32,739 nucleotides of DNA from a miscellaneous Crenarchaeota group-1 archaeon SG8-32-3 (GTDB lineage Archaea > Thermoproteota > Bathyarchaeia > Bathyarchaeales > Bathycorpusculaceae), in assembly GCA_001273335.1 (NCBI GenBank), contig LFWV01000001.1:1-32739 (forward strand), in the 5' to 3' direction. Position 1 is the first letter of the stretch. Each line of letters opens with the position of its first letter. A program made the position numbers and the translations under genes. Shown here piece by piece: positions 7,666 to 16,727 of the stretch. The notes beneath the pieces were generated by a model. That model was not told the origin of the DNA. It searched no databases and saw only the letters and a program-made list of their open reading frames with translations.

Positions 7666-9963
7666 TTGAGATGGCGCTTACCATTGCGAATTAAAATCAG
7701 CGTTATAGGCATCGTTCAGGGCGTTGGCTTCCGCCCCTTTGTTTACCGCGTAGCGGTGCAAAACGGCTTGACAGGTTATGTGCGCAACCGTGGCGACGCA
7801 GGCGTAGAAATCCTACTTGAAGGCGAAGAACAAAATATCCAGGTTTTTCTGCGCGACCTGAAAGAGAAGAAACCACCACTAGCTCAAATCCACGACATTA
7901 TTAAGACACCACTCAAGGGTAAAATTCAACATGAAAAATTCACCATATACAAAAGCTCTAAAGAAACAAATATTTCAGGCTCAGTTATCCCGCCCGACAT
8001 CGCCATCTGCAATGATTGTCTGCAAGAACTCAGAGATCCAAAAGACCCGCGGCACGACTACTTCTTCATCACTTGCACCAACTGCGGACCACGCTTCACT
8101 GTAATTGAGCGTTTGCCGTACGACCGCGAAAACACTACCATATGTGAGTTCCCACTGTGCAGCTTCTGCCAACGGGAATATATGGATCCGCTGAACAGGC
8201 GCTTTCACGCACAAACCGTGGCTTGCCCAAAATGCGGTCCAAAAGCTTACTTGACAACAAGCAGCGGCGAGCACATTCAACACACGGACCCAGTGCGTGA
8301 AGCTGGAAGACTGCTTAGTGAAGGCGCAGTTCTCGCCGTGAAAGGCTATGGAGGTTTCCATGTAGCCTCATCTACAACCAGCGATGAACCGTTACGGAGG
8401 CTTCGAAGAACGAAGCATAGAAGAGCCAAGCCCTTCGCCATAATGGCACGGAGCTTGGAAGCCATAAAAGGTTTCGCCGAAGTAACTTCGAAGGAGGTAG
8501 CACTGCTTTCTTCTTACGCGCGCCCGATAGTGCTGCTTAACAAAAGCACTACTTACAATCTTTCACCGCTGGTTGCGCCTAACCTGCACAAAGTAGGTGT
8601 GATGTTGCCCTACAGTGGGTTGCATTACATGCTCTTCGACCAAGTTGACGATGCTGCGTTCGTGATGACCAGCGCTAACCCTCCTAACCAGCCCATCGTC
8701 AAAGACAACTACGAAGCACTAAAAACCTTAGGCGGAACAGTAGACTATTTCCTGTTTCACAACCGCAAAATAGCCTACCGCTGCGATGACTCAGTCCTGC
8801 GAGTTCACGGCACTAGCCCCTCGTTCATCCGCCGAAGCAGAGGCTACGCGCCCGCACCTATCATACTAAAAGAAAAAGTCGGACGCTGTGTTGTAGGCTT
8901 AGGCGGCGAACTGAACAACACTGCCTGCGTTCTATTAGCGAACAAAGCGTTTATCAGTCAGCATATTGGCGACGTGGAAAATGTTGAAACGCGGGCATTC
9001 CTTCAAGAAGCAACAAGCCATCTCATTCGCTTGACTAACAGCAGCATAGACATTGTAGCCTGTGATCTACACCCGAAATTTACCACTACAAGCTTGGCGA
9101 GGGAACTGGCAGAAACGAACGGTTGGAAGTTCATTCAAGTGCAGCACCACCAGGCCCACGTTGCGGCGTTGATGATGGAGCATGCTGTGGACGAGTTAGT
9201 GGGCATAACATGCGACGGCTACGGCTACGGTGTTGACGGCGGCGCGTGGGGCGGCGAAATCCTGTTCTGTGCGCGAGAAACTGCAGGGTTCAAGCGACTG
9301 GCGCATTTGGAACCGCAACCGTTGCTCGGTGGAGACATGGCTACTCGTTATCCCCTGCGTATAGCTGCTGGAATACTCAGCAAAAATGTAAACGTGGAAC
9401 CCTGGCTCTTTGAGCACAGCCAGCGTTTGCTTCACGGCGAATCCGAGGCAAAATTGATACTTCAGCAGCTTCAGAAGGGCATAGGTTTTACTGAAACTAC
9501 GAGTTGCGGCAGGGTCTTGGATGCTGTTGCTGCTGTTCTTGGCGTGTGCTACGAGCGAACATATGAGGGTGAACCCGCCATCAAGTTGGAATCCGCTGCG
9601 AATAACGGCAAAGACTTGTTGAAAGTGCCGCCTGTGATTGAGGGTGATGTGTTAGGTACGTCGCAGTTGCTTCACTTGATTTTTGAACATCTGGGCAAGG
9701 CGTCGGTAGCGGATTTGGCTTATTCTGCTCACGCCTACTTGGCAAAAGGTTTGGCTTCTTTGGCTGTGGAGAAAGCTTTAGAGCACGGCGTTGGGGCTGT
9801 TGGTTTTTCGGGTGGGGCAGCTTGTAACCAGATTTTGGCGGAGGTTATGCGGCAGGTGGTGGAGGCCGCTGGTTTGCGGTTTCTGGTTCATGAAGTTTTC
9901 CCTGCGGGTGACGGCGGGGTTTCTTTTGGTCAGACCGTTGTTGGCGGTTTCTTTAGAGTTTAG
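7666..9963 (+). CDS. hypF: [NiFe]-hydrogenase maturation carbamoyltransferase HypF
   Basis: Shows an acylphosphatase domain (VQGVGFRPFVYR), two CxxC-X18-CxxC zinc fingers, a YrdC-like domain and a Kae1-like C-terminal domain. 765 aa. An alternative TTG start is at 7684. Confidence 0.9.
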   Translation: MRWRLPLRIKISVIGIVQGVGFRPFVYRVAVQNGLTGYVRNRGDAGVEILLEGEEQNIQVFLRDLKEKKPPLAQIHDIIKTPLKGKIQHEKFTIYKSSKETNISGSVIPPDIAICNDCLQELRDPKDPRHDYFFITCTNCGPRFTVIERLPYDRENTTICEFPLCSFCQREYMDPLNRRFHAQTVACPKCGPKAYLTTSSGEHIQHTDPVREAGRLLSEGAVLAVKGYGGFHVASSTTSDEPLRRLRRTKHRRAKPFAIMARSLEAIKGFAEVTSKEVALLSSYARPIVLLNKSTTYNLSPLVAPNLHKVGVMLPYSGLHYMLFDQVDDAAFVMTSANPPNQPIVKDNYEALKTLGGTVDYFLFHNRKIAYRCDDSVLRVHGTSPSFIRRSRGYAPAPIILKEKVGRCVVGLGGELNNTACVLLANKAFISQHIGDVENVETRAFLQEATSHLIRLTNSSIDIVACDLHPKFTTTSLARELAETNGWKFIQVQHHQAHVAALMMEHAVDELVGITCDGYGYGVDGGAWGGEILFCARETAGFKRLAHLEPQPLLGGDMATRYPLRIAAGILSKNVNVEPWLFEHSQRLLHGESEAKLILQQLQKGIGFTETTSCGRVLDAVAAVLGVCYERTYEGEPAIKLESAANNGKDLLKVPPVIEGDVLGTSQLLHLIFEHLGKASVADLAYSAHAYLAKGLASLAVEKALEHGVGAVGFSGGAACNQILAEVMRQVVEAAGLRFLVHEVFPAGDGGVSFGQTVVGGFFRV

Positions 9964-10013
9964 ACCATACTGTTTTTATCGCTGTTTACTCCCGTGTTTA
10001 TGTTGATGTAGGA

Positions 10014-10247
10014 ATGTGTTTGGCGATTCCAGCGCTTGTCAAGAGTTTAGACGGCAGCAAAGCCCGAGTTGATTTCGGAGAAGGCGTCCTAAGAGACGTT
10101 AACGTATCACTTGTAGACGCTAAGGCGGGTGACTATGTTTTGGTGCATGCCGGATACGCCATTCAAACCGTGGACGAAGAAGATGCTCTTGAGACGTTAG
10201 CCCTGTGGAAGGAGATTCTCGCGACTGAAAAAGACCCGGGAAGCTGA
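10014..10247 (+). CDS. hypC: hydrogenase maturation chaperone HypC
   Basis: Has the canonical MCLAIPA N-terminus. 77 aa, located immediately upstream of hypD. Confidence 0.9.
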   Translation: MCLAIPALVKSLDGSKARVDFGEGVLRDVNVSLVDAKAGDYVLVHAGYAIQTVDEEDALETLALWKEILATEKDPGS

Positions 10248-10252
10248 CTTGA

Positions 10253-11347
10253 ATGAGTGAAAAACTTAGGTTCCGCGACCCAGAACTAGCAAAAGAAATT
10301 GTACAGAAAATGCGGAAGATAACGCCCAAGGGCGAACACGTGAAGTTCTGTCATGTTTGTGGCACCCACGAGTGGACAATTACACATTACGGTTTGCGTA
10401 GCCTCTTGCCACGGAACGTTGAGGTGATCGCTGGTCCCGGTTGCCCAGTCTGTATAGTTCCCGCCGCTGAGATTGATGAGGCGGTGCAGTTGGCTCAGAA
10501 AGGCGTAGTAATAACCTGCTTCGGCGATGTTTTGCGGGTGCCCGGTAGTCAGATGAGCCTGTTGGAGGCGAAAGCGGAGGGCGCGGATGTCCGCGTTGTC
10601 TATGGGGTTTCTGATGCGGTTGAAATAGCAAAGCGCGAGCAAGATAAGGAGTTCGTGTTTTCAGCAGTAGGTTTTGAAACTACTGCGCCGTCCACAGCTA
10701 TTGAAGCGCTTGGAAATCCTCCAGAAAACTTTAGTTTTTTGGTTTCACACAGGTTGATCCCGCCTGCCATGGAATTGTTGCTGGGTGTGGGTGACTTGAA
10801 CATCAGTGGTTTCCTTGCGCCAGGGCACGTGAGCGCTATCATCGGCATGAAGCCTTATGAGCTTTTTCCTCGGGTTTACCGTATGCCCACGGTAGTGGCG
10901 GGCTTCGAGCCCATAGACGTTCTGATGGGCATTTACATGCTTCTGAAGCAGCATACTCAAGGAACAGCTCTGCTGGAAAACGAGTACTCACGCGTGGTGA
11001 AGTGGGAAGGAAACCCGAAAGCGCTGGAAGTTATGGATCAAGCGTTCGCGGTTACAGGGGGTAATTGGCGCGGCATTGGCAGGCTGCCCAATTCAGCTTT
11101 GAAGTTGCGCAATCAACTTGTGGCTTATGACACCCGAGAAAAATATGATGTGCACATTGAGCAGGGCAAGGATATTTTGCTGGGCTGCGAGTGCCACTTG
11201 GTGATTATCGGCAAAATTAAGCCTAACGAGTGTCCCATGTTCATGAAAGCTTGTACGCCTGCTAAGCCTGTTGGCGCTTGCATGGTCAGCAACGAGGGAA
11301 CCTGCCGGGTGTGGGCAAAAACAACTGCGTCTCAACCTATTAACTGA
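10253..11347 (+). CDS. hypD: hydrogenase maturation Fe-S protein HypD
   Basis: Motifs GPGCPVC, GFETTAP and PGHVS are present, with a C-terminal Cys cluster. 364 aa. Confidence 0.9.
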   Translation: MSEKLRFRDPELAKEIVQKMRKITPKGEHVKFCHVCGTHEWTITHYGLRSLLPRNVEVIAGPGCPVCIVPAAEIDEAVQLAQKGVVITCFGDVLRVPGSQMSLLEAKAEGADVRVVYGVSDAVEIAKREQDKEFVFSAVGFETTAPSTAIEALGNPPENFSFLVSHRLIPPAMELLLGVGDLNISGFLAPGHVSAIIGMKPYELFPRVYRMPTVVAGFEPIDVLMGIYMLLKQHTQGTALLENEYSRVVKWEGNPKALEVMDQAFAVTGGNWRGIGRLPNSALKLRNQLVAYDTREKYDVHIEQGKDILLGCECHLVIIGKIKPNECPMFMKACTPAKPVGACMVSNEGTCRVWAKTTASQPIN

Positions 11348-11966
11348 CGATTTCAGCCTTGATTATCGTTACATCAGCAATTGGCTTGTCGCCAGAGTCT
11401 GTTTCCACATTTGATATATCGTCCACAACATCCATGCCTGAAACTACAGCGCCAAAAACCGTGTAGGTTTCATCGAATTTCGTGCCGTCTTGGTACACTT
11501 TCTCGTTATTGTTTACAACATTGATGAAGAATTGGCTGGTCGCTGAGTTAGGCTGGCTTGTTTTTGCCATGGCAATGGTGCCTCTGTAATTGTGATTTTC
11601 CATGCCTATCTCGTCGGCTATGGTGGCAACTTGAACGTGAGAGTTAAAGCCACCTTGAATCATGAAACCAGCAATTACCCTATGGAAAATTACCCCGTCG
11701 TAAAAGCCTTGCTGGACAAGGCTCTTGAAGTTGCCTGTAGTTACGGGTTTGTCGTCCCTCAATTGGATAGTTATGTCGCCCATGCTGGTTTTCAAAAGGA
11801 CCTTGTTTCCTGAAGGTTGATTGTTAGTGCTGAACATGTAGATCGCAGCAATCACTACTATTATGATTGCCAATAAACCTATCGCGAGCGGCAGCTTTTT
11901 GCTTTGGCGACGTTTAGCCTTGAAGGTTTTACGTTTACCTGCTTTGTTCGAAATCATAGCTATCAC
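11340..11966 (-). CDS. membrane-anchored cyclophilin-type peptidyl-prolyl cis-trans isomerase
   Basis: Cyclophilin motifs FHRVIAGFMIQGG and SQFFI follow a basic N-terminus and one TM helix (LPLAIGLLAIIIVVIAAIYMF). The 3' end overlaps the hypD 3' end by 8 nt (convergent). An alternative ATG start is at 11957. Confidence 0.85.
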   Translation of the reverse strand: MIAMISNKAGKRKTFKAKRRQSKKLPLAIGLLAIIIVVIAAIYMFSTNNQPSGNKVLLKTSMGDITIQLRDDKPVTTGNFKSLVQQGFYDGVIFHRVIAGFMIQGGFNSHVQVATIADEIGMENHNYRGTIAMAKTSQPNSATSQFFINVVNNNEKVYQDGTKFDETYTVFGAVVSGMDVVDDISNVETDSGDKPIADVTIIKAEIVS

Positions 11967-12162
11967 TGGCCGCTTTTGCTTATTTAAACTCTCACTCTGA
12001 GTTATGTAGATTGTGACGCGTTTTCAAGTTTCTTTTAATTTTGGTTTTTCGTACCTCTTTCAACAAGACAATTCGGGTACGACTATGCGTTTATTGTCTT
12101 TCAGACGAAAAATAGTGTTTTTTGGATTATTAGAAGCCAGTTTTTTCTGCAAAAACCTTAAT

Positions 12163-12182
12163 AATATGACACGTGTCATATT
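12163..12182. promoter_or_regulatory. 20-bp perfect palindrome aatatgacacgtgtcatatt abutting a TATA-like element; candidate operator
   Basis: Read directly as a perfect inverted repeat centred on CACGTG. It overlaps the 3' edge of ttaataata (12157-12165). It lies ~30-36 nt upstream of the start of the surface-protein gene and ~17 nt upstream of its GGAGG. Confidence 0.45.
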
Positions 12183-12217
12183 TGGTGTGGGTGAAAAAGG
12201 AGGTTATTTGTTTGAAA

Positions 12218-12982
12218 ATGAAAACCATCCAAATAACTATGCTGATACTAACCTTTGCACTTATGTTATCTGGGGCTTTGAGCAGCAGTTTTGCACAGAA
12301 TCCTCCATATATTGATATCTTGGAAAACTCTTCAAGGACAATACGAATAGACGGATTGGTTAATAATCCTATTAATATAACTATTCAAGAACTCATTCAA
12401 ATGCCAGCAATTAAAGTTCCCGCAGCTCTCTTCTGTTATAACACTTTAGTAGGGGCGGGCGTCTGGGAAGGACCTCAGCTTAGTCTTTTGCTGGAAATGG
12501 CTGAATTAAACAACAACACAGCATCATTGAAATTCTTCGCTGATGATGGATATACCACCCGTCTCACGATTGAAAAAGCTATGGAAGAAGATGTGATCAT
12601 TGCCTACGCAATAGATGATCAACCTTTACCTGAGCTGCGTTTAGTTGTTCCAGGAGAAAACGGGGCCGTCTGGATAACCTTGATCAATCATATACAAGCA
12701 ACATCGTACGTACTTGTTACAGTGCCTACAACTGAGATGAATCCTGCGCCTACCCTTGCTCCTTCTCCATCTCCGTCGCCTATGCCTGAGCTTTCTCCAT
12801 CGCCCTCTCCATCACCTGCTCCTTCTCCATCTCCGTCGCCTATGCCTGAGCCTTCTCCTTCCAACCCTGTGGAATTGTCTGATACCGATAGCTTTCCGTT
12901 GGTATGGATTGTAGCCGCTGTGGGTGCGGCAACCATTGTCAGCGCTATTCTAATAGTCTACAAGAAGAAAGGTGAAAAGTAG
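12218..12982 (+). CDS. secreted, C-terminally membrane-anchored protein with a sulfite-oxidase/YedY-type molybdopterin-oxidoreductase-fold domain and a Pro/Ser-rich stalk
   Basis: Signal-peptide-like MKTIQITMLILTFALMLSGALSSSFA. The domain pattern matches the Moco-binding fold: IRIDGLV..., ...FCYN..., W.GP.L..LL, FFADDGYTT, LRLVVPGENGAVWI. A PSPSPSPMPE repeat stalk and a C-terminal TM helix plus KKKGEK follow. GGAGG at 12199-12203 fits TTG 12212 or ATG 12218 better than the track start at 12173. Confidence 0.6.
   Translation: MKTIQITMLILTFALMLSGALSSSFAQNPPYIDILENSSRTIRIDGLVNNPINITIQELIQMPAIKVPAALFCYNTLVGAGVWEGPQLSLLLEMAELNNNTASLKFFADDGYTTRLTIEKAMEEDVIIAYAIDDQPLPELRLVVPGENGAVWITLINHIQATSYVLVTVPTTEMNPAPTLAPSPSPSPMPELSPSPSPSPAPSPSPSPMPEPSPSNPVELSDTDSFPLVWIVAAVGAATIVSAILIVYKKKGEK
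12757..12851 (+). repeat. 60-bp-period tandem duplication inside the Pro/Ser stalk coding region
   Basis: The 35-nt string tgctccttctccatctccgtcgcctatgcctgagc occurs identically at 12757..12791 and 12817..12851. Confidence 0.85.
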
Positions 12983-13056
12983 GATTAGCTTTTCTTCTTT
13001 TTTGTAAACAACACTACAGTTAAAAATGATAATTTTAGTGGTGTCTTAACGTATTG

Positions 13057-14124
13057 TTAGCAGATTCTCGGAACTGGATCGCCTACAGGACGGGCGATTA
13101 TTCGTTTGCCGCCTATCGCTGTTTGCATGGCTACGCCTTTGAAGTCGTTTGTGGCTTCGCCTATTACTTGGGCTTCTTTGCCTTCATCCGTCTGCTTCAG
13201 CCAGTTCAGCAACTGTTCAGCCTTGGCTGGTAAGACGCCGATAACGATTTTTCCTTCGTTGCCCACTTCAAGTGGATCTAAGCCCAGCATTTCAGACGCG
13301 GTACGCACGTCTTCTCTTATGGGAACTTTGTCTTCGTGGATGAGTATGCCTACTTTGGATTTTTCGCTAAGCTCGTTTAAAGCATCAGCTAATCCGCCTC
13401 GCGTGGCGTCTTTTATGGTGACTACTCCGCCGACTTCGCCGAGCATGCTTTGAATCAACTTGTTGAGGGGTTTAACGTCACTTCTTATCTCGCTTCCGAA
13501 GGTCAAACCCTGCTGGGCTGAGAGCACTGCTAAACCGTGGTCTCCCAACGTACCAGAAACGATTATCTTATCGCCAACGCTAATGTTGGAGTCCAAGAGC
13601 CAACGCGCCACAAAGCCGTTTCGGTGATGCCTGACTACTTCAAGGTTGCTCTCCAACTCTGGGGGTCTTCTGCCGATTCCCGACATGTTCATGACGCAGC
13701 CGCCTAAACTACCTTTCTCAACAACCTTCGTGTCACCCGTAACTATACCAACGCAAGCTTCAATGCAGGTTTGGCGCATGCTCACCAAGATCCTCTCAAG
13801 GTCAGAAAGCGGTAAGCCTTCCTCCAGAACCAAGCCGCAAGCCAAAGCATAGGGTTCAGCACCCAAACATGCAATATCATTAACTGTGCCTGAGACTGCT
13901 ATGCGCCCTATGTCTCCACCAGGAAAGAAAATGGGCTTAACCGCGTGGGAATCGCTTTTCAGAACTATTTCGCCTACAACAGCAGCGTCATCCATAGCTT
14001 CCAGAGGCACCTCAGCTTTGCCTATCCCCCCAAAATACTTCACCACGTAATTCTTTACCAAATCATGCATCACAGTGCCACCAGCACCATGCAACATGGT
14101 AATTACCTCCTTTTTTTCTGTCAT
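13057..14124 (-). CDS. hypE: hydrogenase maturation protein HypE (carbamoyl dehydratase)
   Basis: PurM-like fold with the N-terminal MLHGAGG motif and the diagnostic C-terminal PRIC. The track ORF extends to 14196. ATG at 14124 (MTEKKEVITMLHGAGG) gives the expected length. Confidence 0.9.
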   Translation of the reverse strand: MTEKKEVITMLHGAGGTVMHDLVKNYVVKYFGGIGKAEVPLEAMDDAAVVGEIVLKSDSHAVKPIFFPGGDIGRIAVSGTVNDIACLGAEPYALACGLVLEEGLPLSDLERILVSMRQTCIEACVGIVTGDTKVVEKGSLGGCVMNMSGIGRRPPELESNLEVVRHHRNGFVARWLLDSNISVGDKIIVSGTLGDHGLAVLSAQQGLTFGSEIRSDVKPLNKLIQSMLGEVGGVVTIKDATRGGLADALNELSEKSKVGILIHEDKVPIREDVRTASEMLGLDPLEVGNEGKIVIGVLPAKAEQLLNWLKQTDEGKEAQVIGEATNDFKGVAMQTAIGGKRIIARPVGDPVPRIC

Positions 14125-14439
14125 CTTAGTTACCTTTGAGATTGAGATAACTAACCTTAATGGTGAAAAATAAACACATCGTCGAAACAGTTGCAAACTA
14201 TCCGTATGCGCTTGCTTTTTCGGCCAAAGATATTTTTCTTCATAAATTTCTGTTTATGGGGCTACAGAAAAAATACAATACAGTTAACTACGGACGGTTG
14301 CCATCAACACAGGTTTTCTGAAAAAATATAAAAGTCAAGATGCTGCTAGAGCTTATACACCTCACGTCTTTACGAACGTCCTACCTGCAGGACTTTACTC
14401 GATTTCGAACTAGCTAACCTAGTTTTGATACGGAAAGCC

Positions 14440-14447
14440 ATATAAAT
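14440..14447 (+). promoter_or_regulatory. candidate TATA box (atataaat) with purine-rich BRE-like cggaaagcc, for the ribosomal-protein operon
   Basis: Sits ~48 nt upstream of the uL22 ATG. This would place the transcription start near 14470, just upstream of GGAGA at 14476-14480. Confidence 0.35.
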
Positions 14448-14491
14448 CACAATAACGCTGTTGAATTGCACAATTGGAGACGATACGTGAA

Positions 14492-14980
14492 ATGCCAAAA
14501 TGGGGATACTCCATAATCGCGGAAGAGCTGGACCCTGAAAAAACAGCGAAAGCCAGCGGCCGAGAAATCAGAGTGTCCCATAAGGCAGCAAGAGAAGTCT
14601 GCCGGACAGTCAAGGGCATGACTCTCTCCAAAGCTAAAACTTACCTCCGAGACGTTATCGATAAGAAGAAAGCGGTTCCCTTCAGAAGATACAAAAAGAA
14701 AGTTGGACACCGCAGCGGACTCGAAAAAACTTTTGCAGGAAGATACCCCGTGAAAGCATCACAGAAAATCCTGCGCGTAATCGAAGCCGCAGAAGCAAAT
14801 GCTGAAAACAAGGGGTTAGACGTAGACCAGCTCCGAATACTCCATGCAGCAGCCTACCCAGGCATTAAAATCAAACGCTACACCCCAAGAGCACACGGAA
14901 GGGCTTCACCAAAATACGAAACTACCACACACATAGAAATCGTCTTGCAAGAAAAGCTCGGACAAGAGGAAGGAATCTAA
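14492..14980 (+). CDS. rpl22: 50S ribosomal protein uL22
   Basis: MPKWGYS...AKASGREIRVSHKAAREVCRTVKGM is typical archaeal L22. It is the first gene of the cluster. Start moved to ATG 14492. Confidence 0.9.
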   Translation: MPKWGYSIIAEELDPEKTAKASGREIRVSHKAAREVCRTVKGMTLSKAKTYLRDVIDKKKAVPFRRYKKKVGHRSGLEKTFAGRYPVKASQKILRVIEAAEANAENKGLDVDQLRILHAAAYPGIKIKRYTPRAHGRASPKYETTTHIEIVLQEKLGQEEGI

Positions 14981-15867
14981 TGTCCATCGTCAAACGCTTC
15001 ATAACAGAATCAATCAAAAAAACCGAAATAGACGAGTTTCTGCAGAAAAAACTTGAACGCGCTGGCTATGGTGGCGTTGATCTTTCTAAAACCCCACTGG
15101 GAACACATGTTGTAATATACGCCATGCGCCCAGGTATAGTAATCGGTCGCGGCGGAGAAACAATAAAAGATCTTGCTATAATCTTGGAAGAAGAGTTTAA
15201 TCTTGCAAACCCACAAATCTCCGTCTCTGAGATTGAGGTTCCCGAATTTAACGCTTTTGTGATTGCGTCACGTGTAGCTTCCGCCCTCCAGAGAGGCGTC
15301 CACTTTAGACGCGCTGGTTTCTGGGCTTTAAACCAAGTTATGGAAGCAGGAGCGTTAGGCGCAGAAATAGTGATAAGCGGCAAACTCCGCACCGAACGCG
15401 CAAGGTTCGAAAAGTTTCGAGCAGGCTACTTCCCGAGATGTGGTGACGCCGCATTGAAATACATGAAAAAAGCCGAAGCCCATGTCCAACTCAAACCAGG
15501 AATCATTGGCGTAAGAGTAAAGATCATGCCTCCAGACGCTCAGTTTCCCGACAAAATCCAAGTTACCCAAGAACTACCGCCTGAAGAAATCGAAGAAGAA
15601 ATAGAAGTTCCAGAAGAAACTCCAGAGCAAGAAGTGAAAGTGGAAGAACTACCTGAAGAAACCACAAAATCAACTGAAGAAAAAGCTGAGGCTGAAGTAG
15701 CAGTGAAAAAAGAAGCACCTGTTGAAGAGCCAACTGTAGAAGAGAAAGTTGAAGTCTCAGCGGAAGCGACGGAGGAAGCATTTGAAGAGACGGCTGCCGA
15801 ACCCGTTGGGGAAACGCAGGCAGAAAACCTGGAAAAGCCAGCTACGAAAGCGGAGGTAAAGGAGTAA
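14980..15867 (+). CDS. rps3: 30S ribosomal protein uS3 with ~98-aa acidic C-terminal extension
   Basis: KH domain GIVIGRGGETIKDL and an S3 C-terminal domain. TAATG overlap with rpl22. The tail from about aa 198 is Glu/Pro/Val/Ala rich. Confidence 0.9.
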   Translation: MSIVKRFITESIKKTEIDEFLQKKLERAGYGGVDLSKTPLGTHVVIYAMRPGIVIGRGGETIKDLAIILEEEFNLANPQISVSEIEVPEFNAFVIASRVASALQRGVHFRRAGFWALNQVMEAGALGAEIVISGKLRTERARFEKFRAGYFPRCGDAALKYMKKAEAHVQLKPGIIGVRVKIMPPDAQFPDKIQVTQELPPEEIEEEIEVPEETPEQEVKVEELPEETTKSTEEKAEAEVAVKKEAPVEEPTVEEKVEVSAEATEEAFEETAAEPVGETQAENLEKPATKAEVKE

Positions 15868-16131
15868 GTGCCTATCCTTCGACTGAAAGATATCAGAGGC
15901 ATGTCTGCTGAGGACCGTGATAAGAAGGTCTCTGATCTTCGAGCGGAGTTGGCTAGGCTGAAAACGATGGTCAGGGCTGGCGGTGCCGTTGAGAATCCTG
16001 CTCAGATAAGAGAACTACGTAAAACAATCGCTAAGATTCTTACAGTAGAGAAAGAAGACAAACTGGGGATTAGAAAAAAGGAAGAAAAACCTAAGAGGAA
16101 AAAATTTGGAAAGGAGACAAAAACTAAGTGA
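15868..16131 (+). CDS. rpl29: 50S ribosomal protein uL29 with short Lys-rich tail
   Basis: LRLKDIRGMSAEDRDKKVSDLRAELARLK is the L29 signature. GTG start follows an AAGGAG. Confidence 0.85.
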   Translation: MPILRLKDIRGMSAEDRDKKVSDLRAELARLKTMVRAGGAVENPAQIRELRKTIAKILTVEKEDKLGIRKKEEKPKRKKFGKETKTK

Positions 16132-16409
16132 AAGTAACCCCAGATATCATACGTCACGAGTTCATAGGAGTCAAAGGAAAAATAGCTGAAAGTCCACATC
16201 AAAGTTATGTTGGAATATGCGGCGAGGTAATTGACGAAACAAAAAACACTTTCACTATTCTGCATAAAGGTAAGGCAAAAAGTGTAGTGAAAAAGTCAGC
16301 GATTTTCGACTTCAAATTTTCCGGCGGAACCATCGTTGAAATCGACGGCAAACTTTTGGTTGGAAGACCTGAAGACCGTCTTAAAAAAACCTTGAAGAGG
16401 TTATGGTAA
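16128..16409 (+). CDS. rnp1: RNase P protein component 1 (Rpp29/Pop4 homologue)
   Basis: GVKGKIAESPHQSYVGICGEVIDETKNTFTI matches the Rpp29 Sm-like barrel pattern. It occupies the canonical archaeal position between L29 and S17. Confidence 0.8.
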   Translation: MKVTPDIIRHEFIGVKGKIAESPHQSYVGICGEVIDETKNTFTILHKGKAKSVVKKSAIFDFKFSGGTIVEIDGKLLVGRPEDRLKKTLKRLW

Positions 16410-16726
16410 TGTCTCTAACTTTCAAGAAACCCAAAAAATCATGCGACGACAGAAACTGTCCTTTCCATGGAACATTGTCTGTTAGAGGACACGTTTTCGA
16501 AGGTGTCGTCGCCAACGCAAAAATGGATAAAACAGTTGTTGTGGAACGTGAGTACCTTCAATTCTCACCTAAATTCGTGAGATATGAGCGTAGACGCGGT
16601 CACATTCCATCTCATAATCCCCCATGTATTGATGCGAAAGAGGGTGATCGAGTGAGGATTGCGGAGTGCCGTCCCATCAGCAAGACTGTGTCATTTGTTG
16701 TTGTAGAGAAAGTGGAGGCGAAGTGA
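16403..16726 (+). CDS. rps17: 30S ribosomal protein uS17
   Basis: [16 protein letters not shown]...KTVVVEREY...[15 protein letters not shown] is typical archaeal S17. Confidence 0.9.
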   Translation: MVMSLTFKKPKKSCDDRNCPFHGTLSVRGHVFEGVVANAKMDKTVVVEREYLQFSPKFVRYERRRGHIPSHNPPCIDAKEGDRVRIAECRPISKTVSFVVVEKVEAK

Positions 16727-16727
16727 C

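Noticed and set aside
12688-12936. 82-aa minus-strand GDGEG-repeat ORF, and the 100-aa ORF at 12013..12315 (+).
   Set aside because: The first is the antisense reading of the Pro/Ser stalk repeats. The second spans the promoter and palindrome region, is out of frame with the signal-peptide ORF that has a proper GGAGG, and has junk-like composition.
15540-15902. 120-aa minus-strand ORF (Ser/Thr/Phe-rich) antisense to the uS3 tail; also 15563..15781 (-).
   Set aside because: It is the mirror image of the GAA/GAG-rich acidic tail coding sequence. The low-complexity composition is exactly what antisense reading of Glu codons produces. It has no motif and sits inside a strongly supported gene.
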